A stretch of 63,881 nt of DNA, the filler included, from Chiloscyllium plagiosum (Eukaryota): the NCBI RefSeq assembly GCF_004010195.1. It is 5 parts of one record of this genome, joined end to end, with 100 filler letters (N's around TTAATTAATTAA, not from the genome) between each part and the next. Parts side by side here need not be neighbours in the genome. Positions count along the whole stretch, not along the records: positions 32,628 to 56,780 come from NC_057716.1; 4 more parts are not named here. The stretch is one strand, 5' to 3'. A program made the translations under genes and the position numbers. How positions within the stretch are numbered: position 1 is the stretch's first letter; each line of letters begins with the position of its first letter. A model generated the notes under the pieces. The model saw nothing but the letters and a program-made list of their open reading frames with translations, was not told where the DNA came from and searched no databases. This document shows positions 37,001-49,000 of this stretch, piece by piece.

Positions 37001-40000
37001 AAGGTTCCCCGTGGGAGACTGGTTAGCAAGGTTAGATCAATGGAATACTGGGAGAACTAGCCATTTGGATACAGAACTGGCTCAAAGGTAGAAGACAGAG
37101 GGTGGTGGTGGAGAGTTGCTTTTCAGACTGGAGGCCTGTAACCAGTGGAGTGCCACAAGGATCGGTGCTGGGTCCACTGCTTTTCGTCATTAATATAAAT
37201 TATTTGGATGTGAACATAGGAGGTATAGTTAGTAAGTTTGCAGAAGATGCCAAAATTAGAAATGTAGTGGATAGCGAAGAAGGTTACATCAGATTACAAC
37301 AGGATCTTGATCAGATGGGCCAATGGGATGAGGAGTGGCAGATGGAGTTTAATTTAGATAAATGTGAGGTGCTGCACTTTGGGAAAGCAAATCTTAGCAG
37401 GACTTATACACTTAATGGTAAGGTCCTAGGGAGCGTTGCTGAACAAAGAGACCTTGGAGTGCAGGTTCATAGCTCCTTGAAAGTGGAGTCACAGGTAGAT
37501 AGGATATTGAAGAAGGCATTTGGTATACTTTCCTTTATGGTCAGAGTATTGAGTACAGGAGTTGGGAGGTCATGTTGTGGCTGTACAGGACATTGGTTAG
37601 GCCACTGTTGGAATATTGCGTGCAATTCTGGTCTCCTTCCTATCGGAAAGATGTTGTGAAACTTGAAAGGGTTGAGAAAAGATTTACAAGGATGTTGCCA
37701 GGGTTGGAGGATCTGAGCTATAGGGAGAGGCTGAACAGGCTGGAGCTGTTTNNNNNNNNNNNNNNNNNNNNNNNNNNNNNNNNNNNNNNNNNNNNNNNNN
37801 NNNNNNNNNNNNNNNNNNNNNNNNNNNNNNNNNNNNNNNNNNNNNNNNNNNNNNNNNNNNNNNNNNNNNNNNNNNNNNNNNNNNNNNNNNNNNNNNNNNN
37901 NNNNNNNNNNNNNNNNNNNNNNNNNNNNNNNNNNNNNNNNNNNNNNNNNNNNNNNNNNNNNNNNNNNNNNNNNNNNNNNNNNNNNNNNNNNNNNNNNNNN
38001 NNNNNNNNNNNNNNNNNNNNNNNNNNNNNNNNNNNNNNNNNNNNNNNNNNNNNNNNNNNNNNNNNNNNNNNNNNNNNNNNNNNNNNNNNNNNNNNNNNNN
38101 NNNNNNNNNNNNNNNNNNNNNNNNNNNNNNNNNNNNNNNNNNNNNNNNNNNNNNNNNNNNNATGAATGGGAGGGGGGTGGGGCTGGGGAGAAAGTAGCAA
38201 AGAGTACAATAGGTGGATGGGGGTGGGGATGGAGGTGATAGGTCAGAGGGGAGGGTGGAGCGGATAGATGGGAAGGGAGATTGGCAGGTAGGACAGGTCA
38301 TGGGGACAGTGCTGAGCTGGAAGGTTGGAACTGGGGTCAGGTGGGGGGAGGGGGGAGGGGAAATGAAGAAACTGGTGAAGTCCACATTGATGCCCTGGGG
38401 TTGAAGTGTTTTGCTGACTTTGACTATTCACCCTATCAATGCTCCTCATGATTTTATAAACCTCTGTACGGTGTGACATTGCTGTGGTGAAGGGTGCTTT
38501 TGGTGACTGAGAGAAAATGGTGCCAGAAACTCACGGCAGAACTAAGTGGGCTGAGCTTGTGGTGGGAACTCTGGTGCAATGTTTGGGACAAGGATGGTAC
38601 TGGACGGTGAGCAAGTGAAGTGGAAGGCCCAGTGACTACAATGAGAAGTGATCTCACTGTAAAATTCCTCATTGGGGTCAGCAGGCAGGTGCTGGGAAGC
38701 TGTTCCCTCTCGAGAGGGTGAACAGTCTCTCTCTTTCTCTCTCTCTCGGCAGCTCGCTGTCTCAGGATAAGGTTTTTGTCATTTCAGACTGAGATGGAGA
38801 GAGCGTTGTGAATCTTCATCATTGCCTATCCCTGAGGGCTGTGGATGCTGATATCATCTTCAGTTCTTTGTCCATAGATAGTTATGAACTACAGTAGCAC
38901 CATCTTCACGAGAGGCAAGCCAGAACAGAGACCAAGTTGCACACTGTTGGCACAAATCTAACCCACACGATTTATCAGTCCAAAGGGGGAATGGATTCAG
39001 AGTTACTGTAGTAATGTGTACTTTTCCATCTATTGAAGCCTGGAGCTATGGAGACTGATGGCTCAGGCTTCAACTGTCTTTCCATCAGGGAATCTCTCCC
39101 ACTCTCAGCCGCTATCGCTGGTGTGTGTTGGAGGGATTTACACATTGATATTCAGCCAGTTTCAGCCTTGGTGCATAGACACTGTCCTTGACCATCACAT
39201 CCTTGAACTTCTGGCCCAGAGGCAGGGACACTACCCACTGAATGTGGTGGGAACTCTGGTGCAATGTTTGGGACAAGAATGGTACTGGACGGTGAGCAAA
39301 TGAAGTCTGTGGAAGGCCCAGTGACTGCAATGAGAAGTGATCTCACTGTAAAATTCCTCATTGGGGTCAGCAGGCAGGTGCTGGGAAGCTGTTCCCTCCC
39401 TGCTTAAAACAAAATAGATAAGAACTTTTTACAACAACAGGTATGGGACGAGCTAGGAAAGTGGGGGTCAATCAGTCCTGAAGTCACTGAATGGCAGATC
39501 AGAAACCTGTGCTAATTGTCCTGTTCCTGATGTGGACTGGGGTGGACAAAGTTAAAAACCACACAACACCAGGTTATAGTCCAACAGGTTTAATTGGAAG
39601 CAGGTGCCCAGTGGTGTTCCACAGGGGTCAGTTCTGGGGCCACTGTTGTTTGTAATATACATAGATGATCTGGAAGAGGGCATTTATGGTATGATCAGCA
39701 AGCTTGCAGATGACATGAAGATTGGTGAAGTAGCAGAAAGCATAAGGGACTGTCAGAGAATACAGGAAGATATAGATAGACTGGAGAGTTGGGTGGAAAA
39801 GTGGCAGATGGTTTCAGTCCAGACAAATGTGAGGTGATGCATTGAGGCAAGACTAATTCTAGAGCGAATTATACAATGAATGGAAGAGCCTTGGGAAACG
39901 TTGATTGGCAGAGAGATTTGTGAGTGCAGGTCCATTGTACCCTGAAGGTTGCTGCACAGGTGGATAGAGTGGTCAAGAAGGCATATAGTATGCTTGCCTT

Positions 40001-43000
40001 CATTTGACAGGGTGTTGAGTATAAGACCTGGCAAGTGATGTTAAAATTGTACAAGATATTGGTTCGGCCGCATTCAGAATACTGTGTACAGTTCTGGTCG
40101 CCACATTACCAAAAGGATATGGACGCTTTGGAGAGGGTGCAGAGAAGGTTTATGAGGATATTGCCTGGTATGGAAGGTGCTAGCTATGAAGCGAGGTTGA
40201 GTAGGTTAGGATTGTTTTCATTAGAAAAAAGGAGATTATGGGGAGATCTGATTGAGGTTTACAAAATCGTGAAGGGTATAGACAGGATGGATAGAGACAA
40301 GCTTTTTCCCAGAGTGAAGGATTCATTAACGAGAGGTCACGCGTTCAAGATGAGAGGTGGAAGGTTTAAGGGGAATACACGTTGCAAGTACTTCACACAG
40401 AGGGTGGTAGGTGCCTGGAACGCGATGCCAGCAGAGGTGGTAGAGGCAGGCATGGTAGATTCATTTAAGATGTGTCTGGACAGATGCATGAGTAGATGGG
40501 GAGCAGAGGGATACAGATGCTTAGGAATTGACCAACAGGTTTAGACAGTACATTTGGTTCGGCTTAGGCTTGGAGGGCCGAAGGGCCTGGCCCTGGGCTG
40601 TAAATTTTCTTTGTTGTTTGTCAGAGATAGGTTCTTTACTCAGAGAGTAGTAGGGGTGTGAATACACTGCCTGCAATAGTAGTAGACTTGCCAACTTTAA
40701 GGGCATTTAAATGGTCATTGGCTAAACATATGGATGAGAATGGAATAGTGTAGGTTAGGTGGGCTTCAGATTGGTTCCACAGGTCGGCACAACATTGAGG
40801 GCCGAAGGGCTTGTACTGTGCTGTAATATTCTATGTTCACTGTTGTAAGGTGGGGAATGTGACAGACAATTTGTGATCAGCAATATCCTGCAAACAGCAA
40901 TGTAAGAATGAGCAGACTGTCTGCTAGGGATTGAGGGATAAGCTTTGGCCAACTCTCTGGACAGAGTTCCCCTGGTCTTCTTAGAAATACAGCTCACGGG
41001 ATCTTTTCAGCCATGTGAGGGGACAGTTTAACCAGAGGGATGTAGTCACATTGGAGGCAGCTCTGAGGAGGTTCACTCGATTAATTCCAGAGATGAGGGC
41101 TTTGTTAAATGAAGAGAGTTTGAGCAGTTTAGACAGATACTCTCTGGAGTTGAGAAGAATGACAGGAGATCGAATTGGGGTCGAGAAGATGCTATAGGGG
41201 ACTGACCGTAGAGAGAGAGAGAGGATGCTGCCTCATGTGGGACAGTCGAGGTCGAGGGATCATTGCTTTAAGATGGGGAGCAGATTAAAACAGAGATTGG
41301 GAGAAATTACTTCTCTCAAAGTGTCATGAATCTTTTATTTCCTCATAGGAAAAGCATATCTCTGGCTGGGCCAATATTTATTGCCCAGAGGGCAATTAAG
41401 AACCATTGTTGTGGGTTGGAGTCACATGTAGGCTACACTAGGTAAGGACGGTAGTTTCCTTCTCTAAAGGACATTAGTGACCCAGATGGGTGTTTCTGAC
41501 AATCAACAATGGATTCATGGTCATCATTATTGCTCAGTGTTCAGGGATGTGTAGGTTGGGTGCATTAGTAAGGGTTAATATGTAGAGTAATAGGGTAGGG
41601 AAATGGGTTACTCTTCAGAGGGTCGGTGTGGACTTGTTTCTATACTGTAGGGATTCTATGGTTAGATTTTTAATTCCAGATATCTATTCAATTGAAATTC
41701 CACCATCTGCCGTGGCAAGATTCGAATCTGGGTCCCCAGGACATTGCCTCGCTCTCTGGATTAATACCTTGCAATATCACTATAGAAAACGAAAATGTTG
41801 GCGCGGAAGATACAGAGATACTTACATCTAGACTAGAAGAGATTGAGGTTCACAAGGAAGAAGTATTAGAAATACTGCAGAGCGTGAAAATAGACAAGTC
41901 CCCTGGGCCGGATGGGATCTATCCTAGGATTCTCTGGGAAGCAAGGGAAGAGATTGCCGATCTTTGGCATTGATCTTCATATCGTCATTATCTACAGGAA
42001 TAGTGCCTGAGGACTGGAGGATAGCAAATGTGGTTCCCTTGTTCAAAAAGGGTAGTAGAGACAACCCTGGTAATTACAGACCAGTGAGTCTCACTTCAGT
42101 TGTTGGTAAAGTGTTGGAAAAGGTTATAAGAGCTAGGATTTATAACCATCTAGAAAAGAATAATCTGATGAGGGACAGTCAGCACGGTTTTGTGAAGGGT
42201 AGGTCGTGCTTAACGAATCTTATTGAGTTTTTTGACAAAGTGACCAAACAGGTAGATAAGAGTAAACCAGTTGATGTGGTGTATATGGATTTCAACAAGG
42301 CGTTCAATAAGGTTCCCCACAGTAGGCTATTATACAAAATGCGGAGGAATGGGATTGTGGGAGACATAGCAGTTTGGATCAGTAATTGGCTTGCTGAAAG
42401 AAAACAGGGTTGTAGTTGATGGAACATGTTCATCTTGGTGTCCAGTTACTAGCAGCATACCGCAAGGGTCGGTGTTGGGTCCACTGCTGCTCGTCATTTT
42501 TATAAATGATCTGGATGAGGGCTTAGAAGGTCGGGTTAGTAAATTTGCAGACGACATTAAGGTCGGTGGAGTTGTGGATAGTGACAAAGGATGTGGTAGG
42601 TTGCAGAGAGACATAGATAAGATGCAGAGCTGGGCTGAGAGGTAGCAAATGGAGTTTAATGTGGACAAGTGTGAGGTGATACACTTTGGACGGAGTAACC
42701 GGAATGCAAAGTACTGGGCTAATGGTAAGATTCTTGGGAGTGCAGATGAGCAGAGAGATCTTGGTGTCCATGTACACAGATCCCTGAAAGTTGCCACCCA
42801 GATTGATAGGGTTGTTAAGAAGGCATACAGTGTCTTGGCCTTTATTAACAGAGGGATTGAGTTCCGGAACCAGGAGGTTATGCTGCAGCTGTACAAAACT
42901 CTGGTACAGCCACACTTGGCGTATTGTGAACAGTTCTGGTCACCGCATTATAAGAAGGATGTGGAAGCTTTGGAAAGGGTGCAGAGATTTACTAGGATGT

Positions 43001-46000
43001 TGCCTGGTATGGAAGGAATGTCTTACGAGGAAAGGCTAAGGGCCTTGAGGCTGTTTTCGTCAAAGAAGGTTGAGAGGTGACTTAATAGAGACATACAAGA
43101 TAATCAGAGGGTTAGATATGGTGGACAGGGAGAGCCTTTTTCCAAGTATAGGGACGGCAAACACGAGGGGACACAACTTTAAAGTGAGGGGAGATAGGTA
43201 TAAGACAGATGTCAGAGGTAGTTTCTTTACTCAGAGAGTAGTAAGGGTATGGAATGCTTTGCCTGCAACGGTAGTAGATTCGCCAAGTTTAAGTGCATTT
43301 AAGTCGTCATTGAACAAGCATATGGATGTACATGGTGTTGGTGGGATGGGCTTCAGATTGGTATGAGGGCGGCGCAACATAGAGGGCTGAAGGGCCTGTA
43401 CTGCACTGTAATGTTCTATGTTCTATATTACTGCGAGGGCCATTGCCTTCCCATCTACAGAACTCCATGCCCAGAATGCAGTGGATGCTGAGACATTGAA
43501 TAAATTGAAGAAGGAGCTAGACAGATTTTTATTTGGTAAAGTGTTACGGAGAGTGGACAGGAACATGGAGTTGACGATTGTATTAAATGGCAGATCAGGC
43601 TCAAGGGGCCGAATGGCCTCCTCCTGCTCCTAGATACTAGTTTTGAACACCTCATCAGACAGATGGTACCTCAGAAAGTGTGGCACTGTCTCGGTACTGC
43701 ATGGGGAATGTCAGCCTGGACTTTATGCTCAGCTCACTGCAGTGGGGCTAATGGTGGCTCAGTGGACAATATCCCTCACTCAGTGAAAGGATAAGATGTA
43801 CAAAAACACTGAAGGCGTGTAACCACTTCCTGGGGTGAGCAAGGGGAGCACCCAACACTTTCAACAAAATGACACTCCACCACCCACAGCCACCTTTGAG
43901 ACAAGGAGGGAGACATGGTGGGCAGGAATTCCTGGCCTAGCCCACGATGCCAACATTCCAAGAATGTTCGAGAAGCAAAGGCATAAACCTAAGGACTATG
44001 AGAGAACAGAACAGGGAGGCAGAGATGATGGGCCGAGCGGCCTGCTCCTGCTTCTAATTTGCATGTTTGTGTGAAATGTAACTGAATGACTCTAAAGGTT
44101 ATGGTGGAGTCAAAGTAAGTGAAACCAGCCAATAACCAAGCTCAGCTCAAAGAGAGGTGAGCTATCTCAGAATCCCAGCACGAGGACCGCAGCATTTTAG
44201 GGACAGAGACCGTCACAAACAGAGAGTGGACATGACAAAGCCTTGGTCAAAGACACTGAGCTGACCAAGTGTCTAAAGGACGGGAGGTTCTGTGAGGGAA
44301 TGACAGGGGGGAGAGCCCAGGAATCTGACGGCACAAACACTGCTGGTGGAGAGATGGGAATCAGGGAGTCACACAGAGGCTGGAAGTGGGGAACACACAG
44401 AGATCCCAGATGGTCATCAGGCCTGGAGGGGGTGAAAGAGATAGGGAGGCAGTGTATGGGCAGGAGGGGGTAATAGAGATAGGGAGGGGGTGTAGGGTCT
44501 GGAGGAAGTGATAGAGATAAGGAGGNNNNNNNNNNNNNNNNNNNNNNNNNNNNNNNNNNNNNNNNNNNNNNNNNNNNNNNNNNNNNNNNNNNNNNNNNNN
44601 NNNNNNNNNNNNNNNNNNNNNNNNNNNNNNNNNNNNNNNNNNNNNNNNNNNNNNNNNNNNNNNNNNNNNNNNNNNNNNNNNNNNNNNNNNNNNNNNNNNN
44701 NNNNNNNNNNNNNNNNNNNNNNNNNNNNNNNNNNNNNNNNNNNNNNNNNNNNNNNNNNNNNNNNNNNNNNNNNNNNNNNNNNNNNNNNNNNNNNNNNNNN
44801 NNNNNNNNNNNNNNNNNNNNNNNNNNNNNNACGTCTGCGTGGGTTTCCTCCGGGTGCTCCGATTTCCTCCCAAAGTCCAAAGATGTGCAGGTCTGGTGAA
44901 TTGGCCATGCTAAATTGTCCGTAGTGTTAGGTAAGGGGTAAATGTAGGGGTATAGGTGGGTTGCGCTTTGGCGGGGCAGTGTGGACTTGTTGGGCCGAAG
45001 GGCCTATTTCCACACTGTAAATAATCTAATCTAAGAGATATCAGGTACTCTTGGTAATGAAACATCAGATGCCACTTGAAGCAGCTTCAGCATTATGAAA
45101 TATTAAAGGAACTTTTCACTCTGAAAACATTTTTTCCTCAAATGTCTACTAAACCTCTGGCACCTTACCTTAAAGCTCTACCCATAGTTACTGACCACTT
45201 TAAGAAGGAAACTGCTTCTTCCTTTCTACCCTATTCCTTCAAAACTTTAAACACCTCCCTCAGTGTTGTCTGCTCTCAAGACAATCCTGAAAAAGGGTCC
45301 TGAAGAAAGGTGACACCTGAAACGTCAACTTCTACACCTGATTCTGCCTGGCTTTCTGTGTTCTTCCAGCCTCCTGCCTGTCTACTTTGGATTCCAGCAT
45401 CTGCAGTTATTTTTGTCTCAAAAGATAATAATTCCAGCCTATCTAGTCTCTCAGCAACCAAGTATGTCTTCAGAGCTGAATCATTCCAGTCCAAACAACA
45501 TCCTGTTCAAACCTAGTTAAATCACATCGTCCCTGTCGTGTAACATCCCAGGATTTGATTTGGAGATGTCTGTATTGAACAGGGGTGTACAAAGTTAAAA
45601 ATCACACAACACCAAGTTATAGTCCAACAGGTTTACTTGGAATCACTAGCTTTCGGAGCACTGCTCCTTCATCAGGTGGTTGTCAAGTATAAGATCTTAA
45701 GACAGAATTTATAGTAAACGTTTACAGTGTAATGCAAGTGAAATTATACATTGAAAAAGACCTGGATTGTTTGTGAAGTCTCTCATCTTTGAGAATGAAC
45801 ATGTTGGTTTCAGTTCTTTCATATGTAAGTCACAAGACTTTTTTAAAGTTACATTCTCAAGTGAACTTTAACAATAGGTGTCATGTTGGCCCATTGAAGG
45901 TGTGAGCTGCCCTGTGTGAGATTGTCTGTGCCCAAATGGTCAGACTGATTCTAATCTAAAAAACAGATTTACAGAATCTTACAAAGATTCATGCAGTTTT

Positions 46001-49000
46001 TGAGCAAAATAAAATGTAATTCTGCAAGTACAAGTTCATCCCACAAACTTCTATGTGTGTGTGTGTGTGTGCCGGGGTTGGGGGGAAGACGATTATGAGT
46101 GTCTGTGAGAGTGTGTGTGTGTGTGTAAAGGGATATAAGTCTGCGAGAGGGTGCGTGTATGTGTGAAAGTGTGGGAGCGTATGTGTGAGTAAATGAGAGA
46201 GACTTGTGTATGAGACAGGGTCTGTGTGAGTATATGGGTCTGTAGGAGTGTGTGTCTGTAGGAATGTGTGCGTGTATAGGAATGTCTGTGTGTATTTGTG
46301 TGTCTGTCTGTGAGTGTGCGTCTGTCTGTGAGTGTGTGTCTGTATCTGTGTGTAGTGCAGTGGGGTCACCTGTAGTGTGACATGAACCCGAGGTCCCAGT
46401 TGAGGGCATTCACATGGGTAATGAACTTGGCTATCAGTCTCTGCTCGGCCACTTTGCGTTGTTGCCTGTCCTGATGTCTGCCTCGGAGGACGGTCACCCG
46501 AAGGTCCAAGGTCAAATGTCCCGGACTGCTGAAGTGTTCTCCAACTGGGAGGGAACACCCCTGTCTGACGATTGTTGTGTGGTGCCCATTCATCTGTTGC
46601 TGTAGCCTCTGCTCGGTCTCACCAATGTACCCTGCCTCAGGGTATCCTTACCTGCAGCTTATGAGATAGACAACGTTGGCTGAGTCACAAGAGTACCTGC
46701 CACATACACAGTGGGAAGTGCCCACACTCATAATGGTGGTATCCATGTCCACACTCTGACACGTCTTGCAGTGTCTGCCGTGACAGGGTTGTATGGTGCT
46801 GTCCTGAAAGCCGGACAGTTTGCTATGAACAATGATCTGTTTGAGGTTTGGTGATAGTTTAAAGGTGAGAGATGGAGGTGTAGGGAAGGTTTGGTGAGGT
46901 GCCTGGTATTGAGCTAAAGGAAACTGTGGTCTGGTCTGGACCGTGGACAAACAGCTGGAAAGATCTGGCTCAGCCCAGAGGCACAACGTATTTTTTGGAA
47001 GATCTCACTGAGGGATAGCGAAGGGATGGTTCCTTCTTTTTGCTACAGGGAGGATACCTACCACAAAGAATTGTAGTTATTTCTAAAAAATAAAATCATA
47101 GAGATTTTACAGCACAGCAAGGGGAGGTAATGGCCTCATGGTATTATCACTGGATTGTTAATCCAGAGACCCAGAGACCTGGGTACAAATCCTACCACGG
47201 CAGATGATGGAATATGAATTCAATTAAAAGGAAATCTGGAATTAAGAGTCTAATGATGACCATGAAACCATTGTCAATTGTTAGAAACCCCATCTGGGTC
47301 ACTAATGTCCTTTAGGGAAGGAAACTGCCATCCTTACCTGGTCTGGCCTACACGTGACTCCAGACCCACAACAATGTGGTTGACTCTTAACTACCCTCTG
47401 GGTAATTAGAGATGGACAATAAATACTGCTCAGCCAGTGATGCCCTCATCCTGTGAATGAATTAAAAAAAGGCCTTTCAGCCCATTGTGACTGTACTGAG
47501 CATCAAACATCCATCTAATCCCATTTGCCAGCAATCGCTCTGTAGTTGTGTTCATTTAAATAGTTCTGAAATATTTTGAGGGTTTCCTGCCTCTATCACC
47601 CTTTTAGACAATGAATCCCTGACACTTTCAACCCTCTGAATGAAAAAGATTTTCCTTAAATCCCTTCTAAACCTCCTGCTCCTGACTGTAAAACTGTACC
47701 CTGGTTAATGATGCCTCCGTTTTAACGGCCCCTGTGGTCTGACTCAGTTCCCCTTTCGTGATTGTTCTTGTGTCCTTTTCTAACAACACCACGTTTTATA
47801 ACATTGGAGTTTGAGAAATCGCGTAAGGCTCTGAGATCTGCTGATCAGGAAGCGGCTAACAAGTGCAGTTTCAGACTGAGAAATTTACAAGGGCTCTGGA
47901 GATTGGGTTTCACTCAAATACCCAACCACACAGCCGACTGGGGGTGGGGGTGGACTTGGTACTGCAGAGGTTTCATTGATTTTACCAAAACATCACCACC
48001 TGAAACTATCGAAGACGACGACCCTTGGTTTTTGAGCCTGATCAGCTACGTGTTTGAGTTTTAAGACTCAATGAACTTTGAAACCTTAATCTATCTTTTA
48101 TTTTTGTTAATCTTTAATAGTGAGGTGAGGTTTTATTTCTAAGTTTATACTATGATCTGTCTCTTGATTGACTTCTAATATTAAGGATTGGGATTACGTT
48201 ATCCCAGAGCAATGTTTATGAACAGTAAGACTGCTTTTTCAGCAAAGTGTGTTGTGTTTCTTTTTAGGTAATTTCTGGATCTGTAGATTGTTAAAAGGGT
48301 AGAAAGAGCTTTTAGTAGGGTGATGTGCTCTTCCTGTCAAATGTGGGAGATTGGGAGAATTTGAATGTTCCTGGACAGCGAGTTTTGAGAAGATTTATAG
48401 CTCAGGTTGAGGTTCTGGATGTAGGTTTGCTCGCTGAGCTGGAAGGTTCATTCTCAGACATTTCGTCATCGTACTAGAAAGAGAAAATGCTGAGGCTGCT
48501 ACAGTAGTAAAGGGGAACTAGCCAGGGTGGACAAGAGTTCAGCAGAGAACAAGGTTGGGCTGATAAATTCAACTGCATTTATTTCAATGTGAGGGGCCTA
48601 ACAGGGAAGGCAGATAAACTCAGGGCATGGTTAGGAACATGGGACTGGAATATTAAAGCAATTACAGAAACATGGCTCAGGGATGAGCAGGACTGGCAGC
48701 TTAATGGTCGAGGGTATAGATGCTACAGGAAGATTAGAAAGGGGGGGCAAGAGAGAAGGGGATCTGGGATAACATGACAGCTGTACTTAAGGAGGATATT
48801 CCTGGGAACACGTCCAAGGAAATTATTTGGGTGGAACTTAAAAATAAGAAAGGGATGATCACTTTGTTGGGATTGTATTATAGACCCCCAAAAGTCAGCA
48901 GGAAATTGGGAAGCAGATTTGGAAGGAGATCTCAGTTATCTGTAAGAATAGTAGGATGGTAATGGTAGGGGATTTTAACTTTGCAAGCATTGACTGGGAC

